Source: a virus
Taxonomy: Duplodnaviria > Caudoviricetes
Strand: one strand, 5' to 3'
Virus record (IMG/VR): IMGVR_UViG_3300030620_000008
Location: 1 to 51,706 of that record
DNA: 51,706 nt
Each line of letters begins with the position of its first letter. Positions within the stretch are counted from its first letter, which is position 1. The translations under genes were made by a program, and so were the position numbers. Positions 18,305 through 28,000 of the stretch are shown here, piece by piece. Under the pieces are notes generated by a model. That model made no database searches, was not told the DNA's origin, and saw nothing but the letters and a program-made list of their open reading frames with translations.

Positions 18305-20742
18305 CTAGTCTCCACGCTTTTCTTCTACGGCGCCGCCCGCGCACTGGCGGTATGCCTCAGGAATCTCCACCGCCCGAGACTAACTTGATATCGCTCTACG
18401 CGCTCGATGGTGGCACAGCAATTGACAGCGAGAGTGGCGTCGATGGAACAATCGTCAGTAATTGGACTGCAACTGATGTAACCAGTTTAGTAGATGGCGT
18501 GGTCGGGACGGCGTTCTATAAAGATATTAATATCAATGCTCACATTATCTTGCCTGCAGATAACCCGGCACATGATCTTGATACAGTATCACTCGTATTC
18601 TATTATCAGCCTACAAGCAGTGCGGCAAAGCATGTTATCTTTGCCGCACACACTCCCTTTGCAGGGGCGCCCGGCAACTTTTCGATTGAACGGTTAACCA
18701 ACGGGCGATTACGTGTCTGGCATTACGGACAAGACGGGGCGCTTCGATACTTTGAAAGCACAAACGGCATTGCAGCCACAAATCTTGTCAACGGCACAGC
18801 ATACCGCATTGCTTTAGTGCTCGGACCACTTGGCGCGCACCTATACCTTGATGACGTTTTGGTGGCATCTATTCCAGAAAACCAAAACGGGTGGAATAAT
18901 ACGATTGATAAATACGTCGGCATCTGGACAAATGGAACGCAAGATCCGATGCAAGGCGTAATTGATTATATTAGAATATTCGATGGTGAGTTGAGCCTTT
19001 CGGGTGTACAGGCATTAGAAGATGCACAAAGTATTGCCATCGCAATTGACGATAACATTGGGGTAGTGCCGCCAAGTACAGCAACGAGTGTTGATGTAGC
19101 GGCAAATGATATTCTTGCTGACGGGCTTGCACTGAATATTTCCATTGCTTCCGATCCGTTCGGTCGCCTTTCAGTTAATAACAATAATACTGTGGATGCC
19201 CAGATAGTAATTACAACGCCAGAAGCGCCGGAGATGGATACAAACGAGAATGGCACCTACAAGATTGCCGAAAACGGCGGGCCGTTGTCAAATATAGCTT
19301 CGGTTACTTGGGTCCGACAAGCCTCGGCAGGTTCCTATACACCGTTCGCATTCGTTACAATTTCCAATCCGAGTGTTAGTCATCCTGGTTCATCTCGCCC
19401 TGGTTTTAGCGCGTCTGATCCTCGTAGTGCATCTTTCATTGACCCAATGTCTGGCATTGAATTATTTCGGATCGGGGGTAATCTTGGCGCCAATGTACTT
19501 ATCAACGGCGCGTCTGATAGTGGGCTGGATTATCCGCGCAAACTCCGAAACACAAATAACTCTAAGGGCTTCATTACGTGGAATGCAGATAGCACGCTGT
19601 TAATGATCGAGCGGTACTTCGCCAGGAATGGCGATCCGTCAAGTCCGGCGCAATCATATCTAATCGACGTAAATGCTAGCCACGGGGCTAGCGTGCCTTG
19701 GCGCATCATTCGTGTGAATGTAACACAAGACTTAAATGGCGCCGGCGGATCTAATGGCGGTTCTTCGTCATGGTGGTTTTGGGACCCACTTAATCCTTTG
19801 CGCGCATATGCGCAATTTAACGACGGTAGACTAGCCGAGTGGTGGCCTATCGGAGGCGACGGACATTCCGTAGGGGAGATCAATGTTCTTTATGGAACAT
19901 TGCCCGCTGGATTTGGTAGTGTACATAATAGCGACGACAGGCCAGGCGCAAGCACTCCAACACCTGATGGTGTATTGGTTAGTACGCCGTGCCGACGTAA
20001 CTCGGACGGTAGGAGAGGAGGTTTTCGGCGAAACCTTTTAACCGGGGCATTATCTAGCTTTGTCGTCTCGCCAGATTTCAACTATACCGGATCTTCTCTA
20101 GATCATCCTGATCGTTGCGCTGGTAGTGTTTCTGCGGCAGGAACATATACACCTTTCAACGAGAATGGAAGTCGGTTTAAGTTCAAACGTTGGTCGGATG
20201 GGGTTGAAGTGGCGGATACCGATCCGGTAAATGCCGCTACTCATACTAATATGGTGCTTCGAGATGGTGTTGAATATTACTGTGGAGTGCGTACCGATAA
20301 TTGCAGTATGTTTGACATTGCAGCAGGAACGTGGGAGGAAAAAATCACTGCCGCCCAATTCCAAGGCAACAATCCAAACCATCTTGGCGCGCTCAATTGG
20401 AACGATACGTTTGAGACTTACGGGGCGACAGGGAGTGGTTCCTCGGTCGGGCCGCGGTATTTCCTTTACACTCGGTCAGGCCCACGAAATGGCCATACTC
20501 GGGCGATCATGGGTATTCGTATGGGGATTAATGACGTAAACCAATTCCGCTTTATTTGTAACCACAGAGGTGTTCGAACCGACAACTCCAACGAGTGTCA
20601 TGCGCAAATGGATCCAAATGCGAAATACGTGGTGTTCCCAAGCAACTGGCAAGAGGCCAATAGCGGTCTGAGCGACGATGTTCATCCTTATGTTGCTGTA
20701 TTGCCAGATGGGTGGAGAAGTCCAAACAATGATGGTTCATAA
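18301..20742 (+). CDS. Multi-domain carbohydrate-binding tail protein (LamG, Ig-like, beta-propeller)
   Basis: LamG (LYLDDVLV, GVIDYIRIFDGELS), Ig-like VDVAANDI, propeller end HAQMDPNAKYVVFPSNW; ATGA overlap at 18301. Confidence 0.7.
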   Translation: MTSLHAFLLRRRPRTGGMPQESPPPETNLISLYALDGGTAIDSESGVDGTIVSNWTATDVTSLVDGVVGTAFYKDININAHIILPADNPAHDLDTVSLVFYYQPTSSAAKHVIFAAHTPFAGAPGNFSIERLTNGRLRVWHYGQDGALRYFESTNGIAATNLVNGTAYRIALVLGPLGAHLYLDDVLVASIPENQNGWNNTIDKYVGIWTNGTQDPMQGVIDYIRIFDGELSLSGVQALEDAQSIAIAIDDNIGVVPPSTATSVDVAANDILADGLALNISIASDPFGRLSVNNNNTVDAQIVITTPEAPEMDTNENGTYKIAENGGPLSNIASVTWVRQASAGSYTPFAFVTISNPSVSHPGSSRPGFSASDPRSASFIDPMSGIELFRIGGNLGANVLINGASDSGLDYPRKLRNTNNSKGFITWNADSTLLMIERYFARNGDPSSPAQSYLIDVNASHGASVPWRIIRVNVTQDLNGAGGSNGGSSSWWFWDPLNPLRAYAQFNDGRLAEWWPIGGDGHSVGEINVLYGTLPAGFGSVHNSDDRPGASTPTPDGVLVSTPCRRNSDGRRGGFRRNLLTGALSSFVVSPDFNYTGSSLDHPDRCAGSVSAAGTYTPFNENGSRFKFKRWSDGVEVADTDPVNAATHTNMVLRDGVEYYCGVRTDNCSMFDIAAGTWEEKITAAQFQGNNPNHLGALNWNDTFETYGATGSGSSVGPRYFLYTRSGPRNGHTRAIMGIRMGINDVNQFRFICNHRGVRTDNSNECHAQMDPNAKYVVFPSNWQEANSGLSDDVHPYVAVLPDGWRSPNNDGS

Positions 20743-20775
20743 TTTGTTATAAATTTTAAAACGCTTAGATTTAAG

Positions 20776-20804
20776 TTGACATTGAAATTGTTACATAGTA
20801 TAAC
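20776..20804 (+). promoter_or_regulatory. Near-consensus sigma70 promoter
   Basis: TTGACA-N17-TATAAC, 8 nt before the ATG at 20813. Confidence 0.75.
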
Positions 20805-20812
20805 TGTAGTTA

Positions 20813-21220
20813 ATGGGTAGTCAACAAAATGGAGGTAATGGCAAACGTACTGATTGGTTTAATGTATCAATCAGTACAGTTATAACTATTGTTGTATTGA
20901 TTATTAGTGCAATTGTTGCGTACTATGAAGTTGTAGCTAAACTGCATAGTGCTGATGCAGCTTTAAAAAACGGTATTGAATTAATACAATTTAAAATTGA
21001 CGCTATAAAACTAGAGCAAGAAAATAGAAGAAAGATTGTTTATGATGTGCCGTCATTAATAAGTGATACAAATCAAAGATTAATAAATTTTACTGAGGCA
21101 TTAAATAATTTAAGAAGTACACAAATAGGAATTGAAACTCGTTTGCGTGAATTAGAAAGAGCTGTAGATAGATTAGGTAATAGAAATCCTTCTAATAGAT
21201 TGCCTTTTGAGCTGCCGTAA
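20813..21220 (+). CDS. Membrane-anchored coiled-coil protein (holin or i-spanin candidate)
   Basis: One N-terminal TM segment followed by heptad-rich helices. Confidence 0.55.
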   Translation: MGSQQNGGNGKRTDWFNVSISTVITIVVLIISAIVAYYEVVAKLHSADAALKNGIELIQFKIDAIKLEQENRRKIVYDVPSLISDTNQRLINFTEALNNLRSTQIGIETRLRELERAVDRLGNRNPSNRLPFELP

Positions 21221-21237
21221 CGCTATGAGGTAACAAG

Positions 21238-21903
21238 ATGGCTATCACAAGAACCGGACCTGAACGTGTAACACCAATTGCTCGTCCCGGGACGAGTTCT
21301 ATTGATGTAGATGCTGGTGGTGTATCTATCGGCAGTTCAAGCCGCGGTAAAACAAATTTTTCTACTCAACCGAGTATGGCACTTGGTCGTGATATTATTT
21401 CCGAGATATTCCAAATTGGCGGCGCTGCTGAAATGGCTAATCAAGAATTTCTAAGTATTTTACAGGGACCCGAATTTAGTTTAGGCTTTGAAATGGGTAG
21501 TCAATTTGGCGGCGTGGTTAGTGAAAGCTCAGGCAGCGCCACACGTGAAACCAGAGCTACAGAACAGAGAAAGGATAAGTCTAAACAAGATACAGCTGAA
21601 CAAACTCAAGGTGGAGCTGAAGGTCAAACTGATACTGGAGATCGTATATTGGAATTTCTTAAACAAGAAGTTTTTGTACCATTAGGCTTTGGCGATATTA
21701 TTGCAGAGTTTGAACGTTTTGAAGATGCTAATCTCGGTGTTTTAGATCTTTTGGCAGGTGCAACACCGGAAGATCCTAGATCATTTTTAGATAGATTAAT
21801 TGAACAAATGTCTTCAAATGAACCAAGTCAAATGGGTGGTAGTGTTACTAAAGGTAAAGATAAAGACTTACGTAACAGAGCACAATTTCAAAGAGGGAGA
21901 TAA
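21238..21903 (+). CDS. Putative internal virion/ejection protein
   Basis: G/S/Q-rich, low in aromatics; first gene of the ejection cluster. Confidence 0.55.
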   Translation: MAITRTGPERVTPIARPGTSSIDVDAGGVSIGSSSRGKTNFSTQPSMALGRDIISEIFQIGGAAEMANQEFLSILQGPEFSLGFEMGSQFGGVVSESSGSATRETRATEQRKDKSKQDTAEQTQGGAEGQTDTGDRILEFLKQEVFVPLGFGDIIAEFERFEDANLGVLDLLAGATPEDPRSFLDRLIEQMSSNEPSQMGGSVTKGKDKDLRNRAQFQRGR

Positions 21904-21908
21904 ATAGC

Positions 21909-22703
21909 ATGGGACTTTTTGACTTTGGCTTTGGTTCGAAAGATGAAAAACAAAAGCAAGAAGCAGAACGCACAACTATTGCTGATGTAAGTGAAAGTTC
22001 AAGACAAGTCGGTGAAACAATTGGCACTGAACGGTTAAATACCCGTAATGTTGAAACAACTTTAAATGTGCGTACTAGAAAAGCGCTTGAAAGTTTATTA
22101 TTTTCTAGTGTCGCTCGTGCCGGACAGCCGGTTGGCGGTCGTCAAAGAAATGTTGCTACCAGAGCAATAGATGCGTCTAAATTATTAGCAACACGCGCAG
22201 CGACTGGACAAGAAGATATTGATGAAATGATTATGGCTATTATTAGTGATAGAGAAAGGCAAGGACAAACAGCTATTCGTGGCCAACAAGCAAGATTATC
22301 GGCTGCCGGTGGTAGTGCATTAGGCTCGAATGTCCAACAATTAGGTGCTTCATCTGAAGCCCAATTACTTTCAAGTCTTGCCAGTGAAGAAGCTCAATTG
22401 CGCCTTGGTGCAAGAGAACAAGCTACGCAAGAAATATTAGCAAGCCTTACAGCGCAATTAGGTGTTGGTGAATTACTTGAAGCACAAACTACTGGTAGAT
22501 TTTCAACACTTACGCAAAATGCGGCCGTGTTGGGTGATGTATTACGTGGTGCAAGAACTGTTTCTACAGGAAGAACTATAGGTAAGAGTACTGAAGCTTC
22601 CACGGTTGAGACTGACACGATACGTAAGATTATCGAAGAAATGCAACAAAAGGGTGAGATTAAGGGCGGTAGTAGCGGCTTTGACCTCGGGTTTGGAATA
22701 TAA
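21909..22703 (+). CDS. Putative DNA ejection (pilot-like) protein
   Basis: MGLFDFGFG N-terminus, A/Q-rich helices, GFDLGFGI C-terminus. Confidence 0.6.
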   Translation: MGLFDFGFGSKDEKQKQEAERTTIADVSESSRQVGETIGTERLNTRNVETTLNVRTRKALESLLFSSVARAGQPVGGRQRNVATRAIDASKLLATRAATGQEDIDEMIMAIISDRERQGQTAIRGQQARLSAAGGSALGSNVQQLGASSEAQLLSSLASEEAQLRLGAREQATQEILASLTAQLGVGELLEAQTTGRFSTLTQNAAVLGDVLRGARTVSTGRTIGKSTEASTVETDTIRKIIEEMQQKGEIKGGSSGFDLGFGI

Positions 22704-22705
22704 TC

Positions 22706-24955
22706 ATGACTGATCTTACTCGTTTGACTAATCCAACACAAACAACTAATATGCTTGAATTGTTTGGTGATATCGCTAAACAACGGCAAGAAACCATTCA
22801 AACTATTAAGCAAACTGATACCAGAATAATATCTTCTGATCAAGCATTTCAACGATCAATTACAAATTTATCTAGACAACAACAAGTCATATTTGGTGAA
22901 GCGCAAGAAACGTTAAATAATTTACGAACTATCGGAAGACTGCCGGGTGATCTTCCAGAATTACTTGGTATATTTAATGAAAAATTCTCACCACGCGCTC
23001 AACACGCTAAACTTCAATCATCCGAATTAGAATTACAACGTCTTGGTTTACAAATGAATACTGCGCAACAAGTTCATAGAATGAATGTTGCACAATCTGT
23101 AAGAGAACAGGCTACCGCTATTAATGTTTTACAATTTACAAGAGAAGGTTTAATTGATACGCAGAGAATGGCTGAGTTTGGACTTTCTTTAAGAGAGCAT
23201 GAGATTAGATTATCAGAACATAATAGAGAGGTTCTTGAAAAAAACTTAAAAGATCAGTCTGTTGATACATTAATACAGTGGCAAGCCGATCCAAGTAAAG
23301 CACCAAAAGAACTAAGAGATAAACCTGGACTAATTCGTGGTATGATATTACATAAGTCTGATTTAGAAACACAATCCAGAATGCTTGCTTTTACACTTAA
23401 TGCTTCTGAAAAAGATCAAAGAATTAGAAGCCTTTCAATAGATCAATTGCGCGGTATACTAGAAGGTAAGGCCGCACCGCCAGATGGTTTGACTATCGGT
23501 GAAATTGAAGAAAGATTTATTAATCAAAACCACGCGCAATTAACAAGCCGATCTGCCGTATTAGCACATAAAGCCGGTGAGCTTCAATTACGACAAGCTT
23601 TAAAAGCTGAATTACTTCTCGGTAAATCATCTACTGAAATACAAGATATGTTAAATAATATGGCTGGTGAAACTAATTCAATTATGCAAGGCGGTCTTGA
23701 GTTTACTAGAAATGAATTAACTATGGCATTTTCACAGAAATATAATGAAGAGCGTGAACGAAATAACGCAATGATGGATAGAGTTATCAGTCTAAGTGGT
23801 GTTGAAGGAGCCGCTTTAGAAAGCGGTACGATTGCGCAATCGCTTCAAATGGTAACAAATCCGCATACTGCATTTGATCCACAAAATCCTTATTCAATGT
23901 TGCCACCAGGTATTGCTGCGCAGGCTATGACTAATGATGCTAAACTTAATCAGGCTGTAGCATTAGGCAGTGCGGATTTAATTATCAAATACAATGAAGA
24001 ACAAAGAAATTTTCTCAGGCAGGCAAGGGATGCTTATGTTGATAGTCAGCCCAAGGAGGTTAAAGAGGCAACAAAGGAATTTATGGATAATGGCAGGTTT
24101 ATCACGGCTAGAAATGCTAATGATTATATGCTCAATAACATCGGCAATCCTGGCTTACTTGGCGCCGATCCTGTTCTTGGTCCTGTTTGGTCATCCTTGA
24201 CTAATTCATATATTGAACTTGCTAAAAAGCAGACTACTGGAATTAGTTTTGATCCAGTTAGTGGTACTGTAGATTTAACAGGAAAAGGATTAGATAGTGC
24301 AGTATTAACTGAGGAAGCTATTAGAAAAGGTAATGTACGTAAAACCGCTAAATCACATTTGTATCAAGAAGCTTTAAGAGTTTCATTCGGAAATTTAGTC
24401 AGAGGATCACCTGATGTTTGGGGTAAGTATGTTAATCAAAGAAGTGGTAACTTAAGTGAATTATTTTATGCTGTTTCTGAAAGAGAAGATGAAGGCGGTA
24501 ATGTTACTCAAGAATTAGTATTTAATCCTGCTGAAATGCTTATTACACTCGCATCAGACAGTGTTGCTTTGCAGCAAAAAGGGATTCTTCGGCCTAATGA
24601 TACACTAATTGATACCTTAATTGCAGAAATGCGGACTACTGGAATGCCTTCTATTAGGCAGATTGGAAGTGGATCTATTGGCGGCTCTGCGTTGATGTTT
24701 AGTCTTTATGGTGATACTCCAGAAGCATCTATTATGACAGAGGTTAATGCGTTAGAAGCGACTGCTAAGAAAGTTATTCATGAAGCTGTACGTGCTGGCA
24801 GTGAAATGTCTGGTATCAAAAATATGAGTGATCAAGCGCGTGCAGCACTTAATTTGCCGCCGAAAGAAGAATTGCCAATGGAGGAACAAATTCGTAGATC
24901 ATTAACCGGTACTGGGCCATCCACAAGTCAATTTAATATGCCAAGGGCGCAGTGA
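22706..24955 (+). CDS. Putative internal virion/ejection protein
   Basis: 749 aa, predominantly helical, no Cys. Confidence 0.6.
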   Translation: MTDLTRLTNPTQTTNMLELFGDIAKQRQETIQTIKQTDTRIISSDQAFQRSITNLSRQQQVIFGEAQETLNNLRTIGRLPGDLPELLGIFNEKFSPRAQHAKLQSSELELQRLGLQMNTAQQVHRMNVAQSVREQATAINVLQFTREGLIDTQRMAEFGLSLREHEIRLSEHNREVLEKNLKDQSVDTLIQWQADPSKAPKELRDKPGLIRGMILHKSDLETQSRMLAFTLNASEKDQRIRSLSIDQLRGILEGKAAPPDGLTIGEIEERFINQNHAQLTSRSAVLAHKAGELQLRQALKAELLLGKSSTEIQDMLNNMAGETNSIMQGGLEFTRNELTMAFSQKYNEERERNNAMMDRVISLSGVEGAALESGTIAQSLQMVTNPHTAFDPQNPYSMLPPGIAAQAMTNDAKLNQAVALGSADLIIKYNEEQRNFLRQARDAYVDSQPKEVKEATKEFMDNGRFITARNANDYMLNNIGNPGLLGADPVLGPVWSSLTNSYIELAKKQTTGISFDPVSGTVDLTGKGLDSAVLTEEAIRKGNVRKTAKSHLYQEALRVSFGNLVRGSPDVWGKYVNQRSGNLSELFYAVSEREDEGGNVTQELVFNPAEMLITLASDSVALQQKGILRPNDTLIDTLIAEMRTTGMPSIRQIGSGSIGGSALMFSLYGDTPEASIMTEVNALEATAKKVIHEAVRAGSEMSGIKNMSDQARAALNLPPKEELPMEEQIRRSLTGTGPSTSQFNMPRAQ

Positions 24956-25035
24956 TGAAAAAGCATCCATACTTTGAAGATGTAGTAGATCATATATTAG
25001 ACGGTCGCAGTTGGGCTCATGTAAGGATACACTAA
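24955..25035 (+). CDS. 26-aa mini-ORF coupling two large genes
   Basis: TGATG overlap upstream and TAATG overlap downstream; MKKHPYFEDVVDHILDGRSWAHVRIH. Confidence 0.55.
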   Translation: MKKHPYFEDVVDHILDGRSWAHVRIH

Positions 25036-28000
25036 TGGCTCTTTTTACGGATAATATGGTAGAACTTGCTCCAAGCGATCCAAATCAATTTACAGGTCCG
25101 CAAATAAGTACATCTAATGAGGAATTTAAAAATAGAGAAACACGTACAGCTGAACATATCCTAATGTTTCCGCCTGCTGCGGCCGCAGGTGCTGTTCAGA
25201 CATTTGGTGAAAGTCTTTATTTATTCAATTCTAATTCTGTTGAGAAATTCTTAAATACTTATATGCAACCACTTGGAAGTTATTATTCTAGGAATAAATC
25301 TCCTGCTCAGACTGTAGGAGATTTAACCGGATTATTTATTCCTGCTATCGGCGCATCAAAAATTCTTAGAACTGTCCAAGGCCTTGATAAGATTTCAGAA
25401 TTAACGCAGTCTAGCAGATTAGCTAAAACAATTATTGGCCGCTCAGGTGAGGCTGATGAAGTTTTAGGTCTATTACGTGCCAGGGATAGATATTTATCTT
25501 CTAGAGGGGCCTTTGATGTATTGGATCAGGATATTACTCGCAAACAGTTGGCGCGCAGAGCTAGAACTGCTGGTGCTGGCGAAGTCATTAGAGATACAAT
25601 TGCAGGAGAATTAGCTATTCTTGGTACTATGCATTCTTCAGACACTTTATATCCCGAAGATTTTACAGCGATGGATCATCTAGCTTTGAATGCTTTATTT
25701 CCAGGGGTATTTGCTGCTGCTAGAGTTTCACAAATTAATAAACTTATTAGAAATTCTGCCCAAAGCGTAGCTCGTGAAAGTGTGCTTGCAAGAAATCCGG
25801 CTGATCTTCCATTAGATCAGATTATTAGCCAGCCTGGTAATCGTGATTTAGGTTTAACTGTTTACGCAGAAGCAAGAAAAGTAGCTGCTAGAGAAAGAGA
25901 TCAAGCTGCGTCGACAGACACTGATATTAAATCTAACTTTGACAGAGATGAAAAAGCTTTTTCCGTTAAAATGAAAGAACAGGTTGAATTGCTTGGAAAG
26001 GATACTATTGTAAAGGATTGGACTAAACGAACTGTCCTATCAAAGGAACAAGTACAGACAATTATGGATGCTGAAAATGATTTTCCTACTACTATGCTAG
26101 GTGCGTATTCAGTTCAGAATGTACCTGATAATGTGCAAGGTTTTCTTAATCATGGTAAGAATTTAGCTAAAACGAAACGAATACAAATTGCTAATATACG
26201 TGATCGAGCAGGCGAAAAGGGAAGAGATTTGAGTTTTGAGGAGGCCGAGCAAATTGATAAATTAAGAAAAAAAGAAGAATTATTGATGAGTACTGAAACT
26301 TATATCTTAGCTGCCGACGGCTCAATGCTTCATGCTAAAAATTATAAGAAAATATTCCAAGATGATCCAGAAAAGATTATAACAGTTCCAAGAGTTCCCG
26401 GAAAGGAAAGCCGTAAATACACTGTAAAGCAAATCGGCTTCAGTGAAGAAGGTTTAGTAATTAGTGGTCACGGGGCAAAAGAAGGTGGCCGCGTTAAACA
26501 ATTAAAAGATTTTTCATTGGATGAACATACATCTTTATATGCTTTAGCACAACGCGCTGTTAAGAATTATAAACTAGGCGAATTTAAAATTGCAGTTCCT
26601 AAAGATGCTAACTATGTTCAATTAGATTATATTATGGAATTGCATAATAAATTTGGAAACGCTATAATGAAAGATTTGTCTCTTCCTAAAGAATGGACAG
26701 CCGGCCTTGCTGATGTTGAAATCAATTCATTAGCACAGAAATTCAAAGAATATAAACGACTTCGACAGACTACTAATCAACAGCTTCGTAGCGGTATAAA
26801 ACTTCCTCAGTCAGCTATTATTAATAAAGATGAAATAGCTAGAAGATTAAATCTTCCATTAACACCGTTCGGTGAAATCCATCCTGTTATGGGATTGTTT
26901 GAAAGTATTATGGTCGCTGATGATGATTTCTTAAAAGCGTTTGGTGATACAAGTCATATCCGTAGAGCATTGCAAGAAGAAGCATTTTGGCCACATCAAG
27001 TTCAGTATGCTGATGCAGATAAGTTAGCTTTACGTGGTAAGATGATTAATTGGCCTGAGAATAAGCAGAGCTCTTTAATTCTAAAACGACCTGTTAATCC
27101 GTTAGTAGGTACCGGGCAGACAATTCAAAGAGGTATTGAACAGACTAGATTAATGAAAATGAAAGGTCTTGGCGCTGCTAGTGAATATGAGGCTGATTTG
27201 GTTAAATTAGTTTTTGATGAACTAACAACGGGGACGGCCGCTGGTGCGACAAGAGTTGCACAAGATGTAACTTCTCTAGCCGTCGGCACTACAAGAACAA
27301 GTCAATTAGCTAATCTTCAATTGACAAAAGCAATGATTATGGCGGAGAACCCGTCATTACAGGCTGTGCAAGCGGTTGAAGTTTTAACTGATAAAATATT
27401 TAGAAATCAGGTCGGCAAAATATTTGAACAACATAATCAAACCTTTGCAACACTTCGTGCTGATAAGGGTGCAATGGATGAATTCAATCTTTATACGCAT
27501 ATGCGGCGCCAGGGATGGGATTTAGAAGAGGCATCTATTCACGGTGAAGCATTAAATGTTTTAGGTACAGACGGTAAATTCATGTTTACTTTATCAAACA
27601 CTGCTGAAAATAAAGCACGTTTTGAAAGAACTTTCGGCAGGGAAATGGAAGAGGGTGACTTAGCCCCAAGTATTAGTCCTAACTATGTTCCATTAGCTAT
27701 GAATGAAAAATCCTTTGCCGCAGCTTCTGCTGTTAATCATTTAGATACAATCTATCTAAGTAATACAAACCACCTTCGCCGCCTTGAAGGATTAATGCCT
27801 ATTAGAAGGAAACCCTGGCATGTCCCGCCTAAAAATCTGGCTAAGGAAGAACTATTTTATCTTATTAGACCGGATGGACGTCTTCATTCTGTGGCCCACG
27901 GAAAGACTATTGCAGAAGCGAAGGCTAAAGCTGATGCGGAAACTACAGCAGCTAAAGCGAATGGATTAAATCTTATTACGCAAAGCCAACAAGATATGGC

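Noticed and set aside
15252-20740. Many antisense and alternate-frame ORFs in the tail cassette, also at 3850-5600 and 49335-50904
   Set aside because: They shadow well-supported genes in GC-richer DNA and lack SDs or motifs
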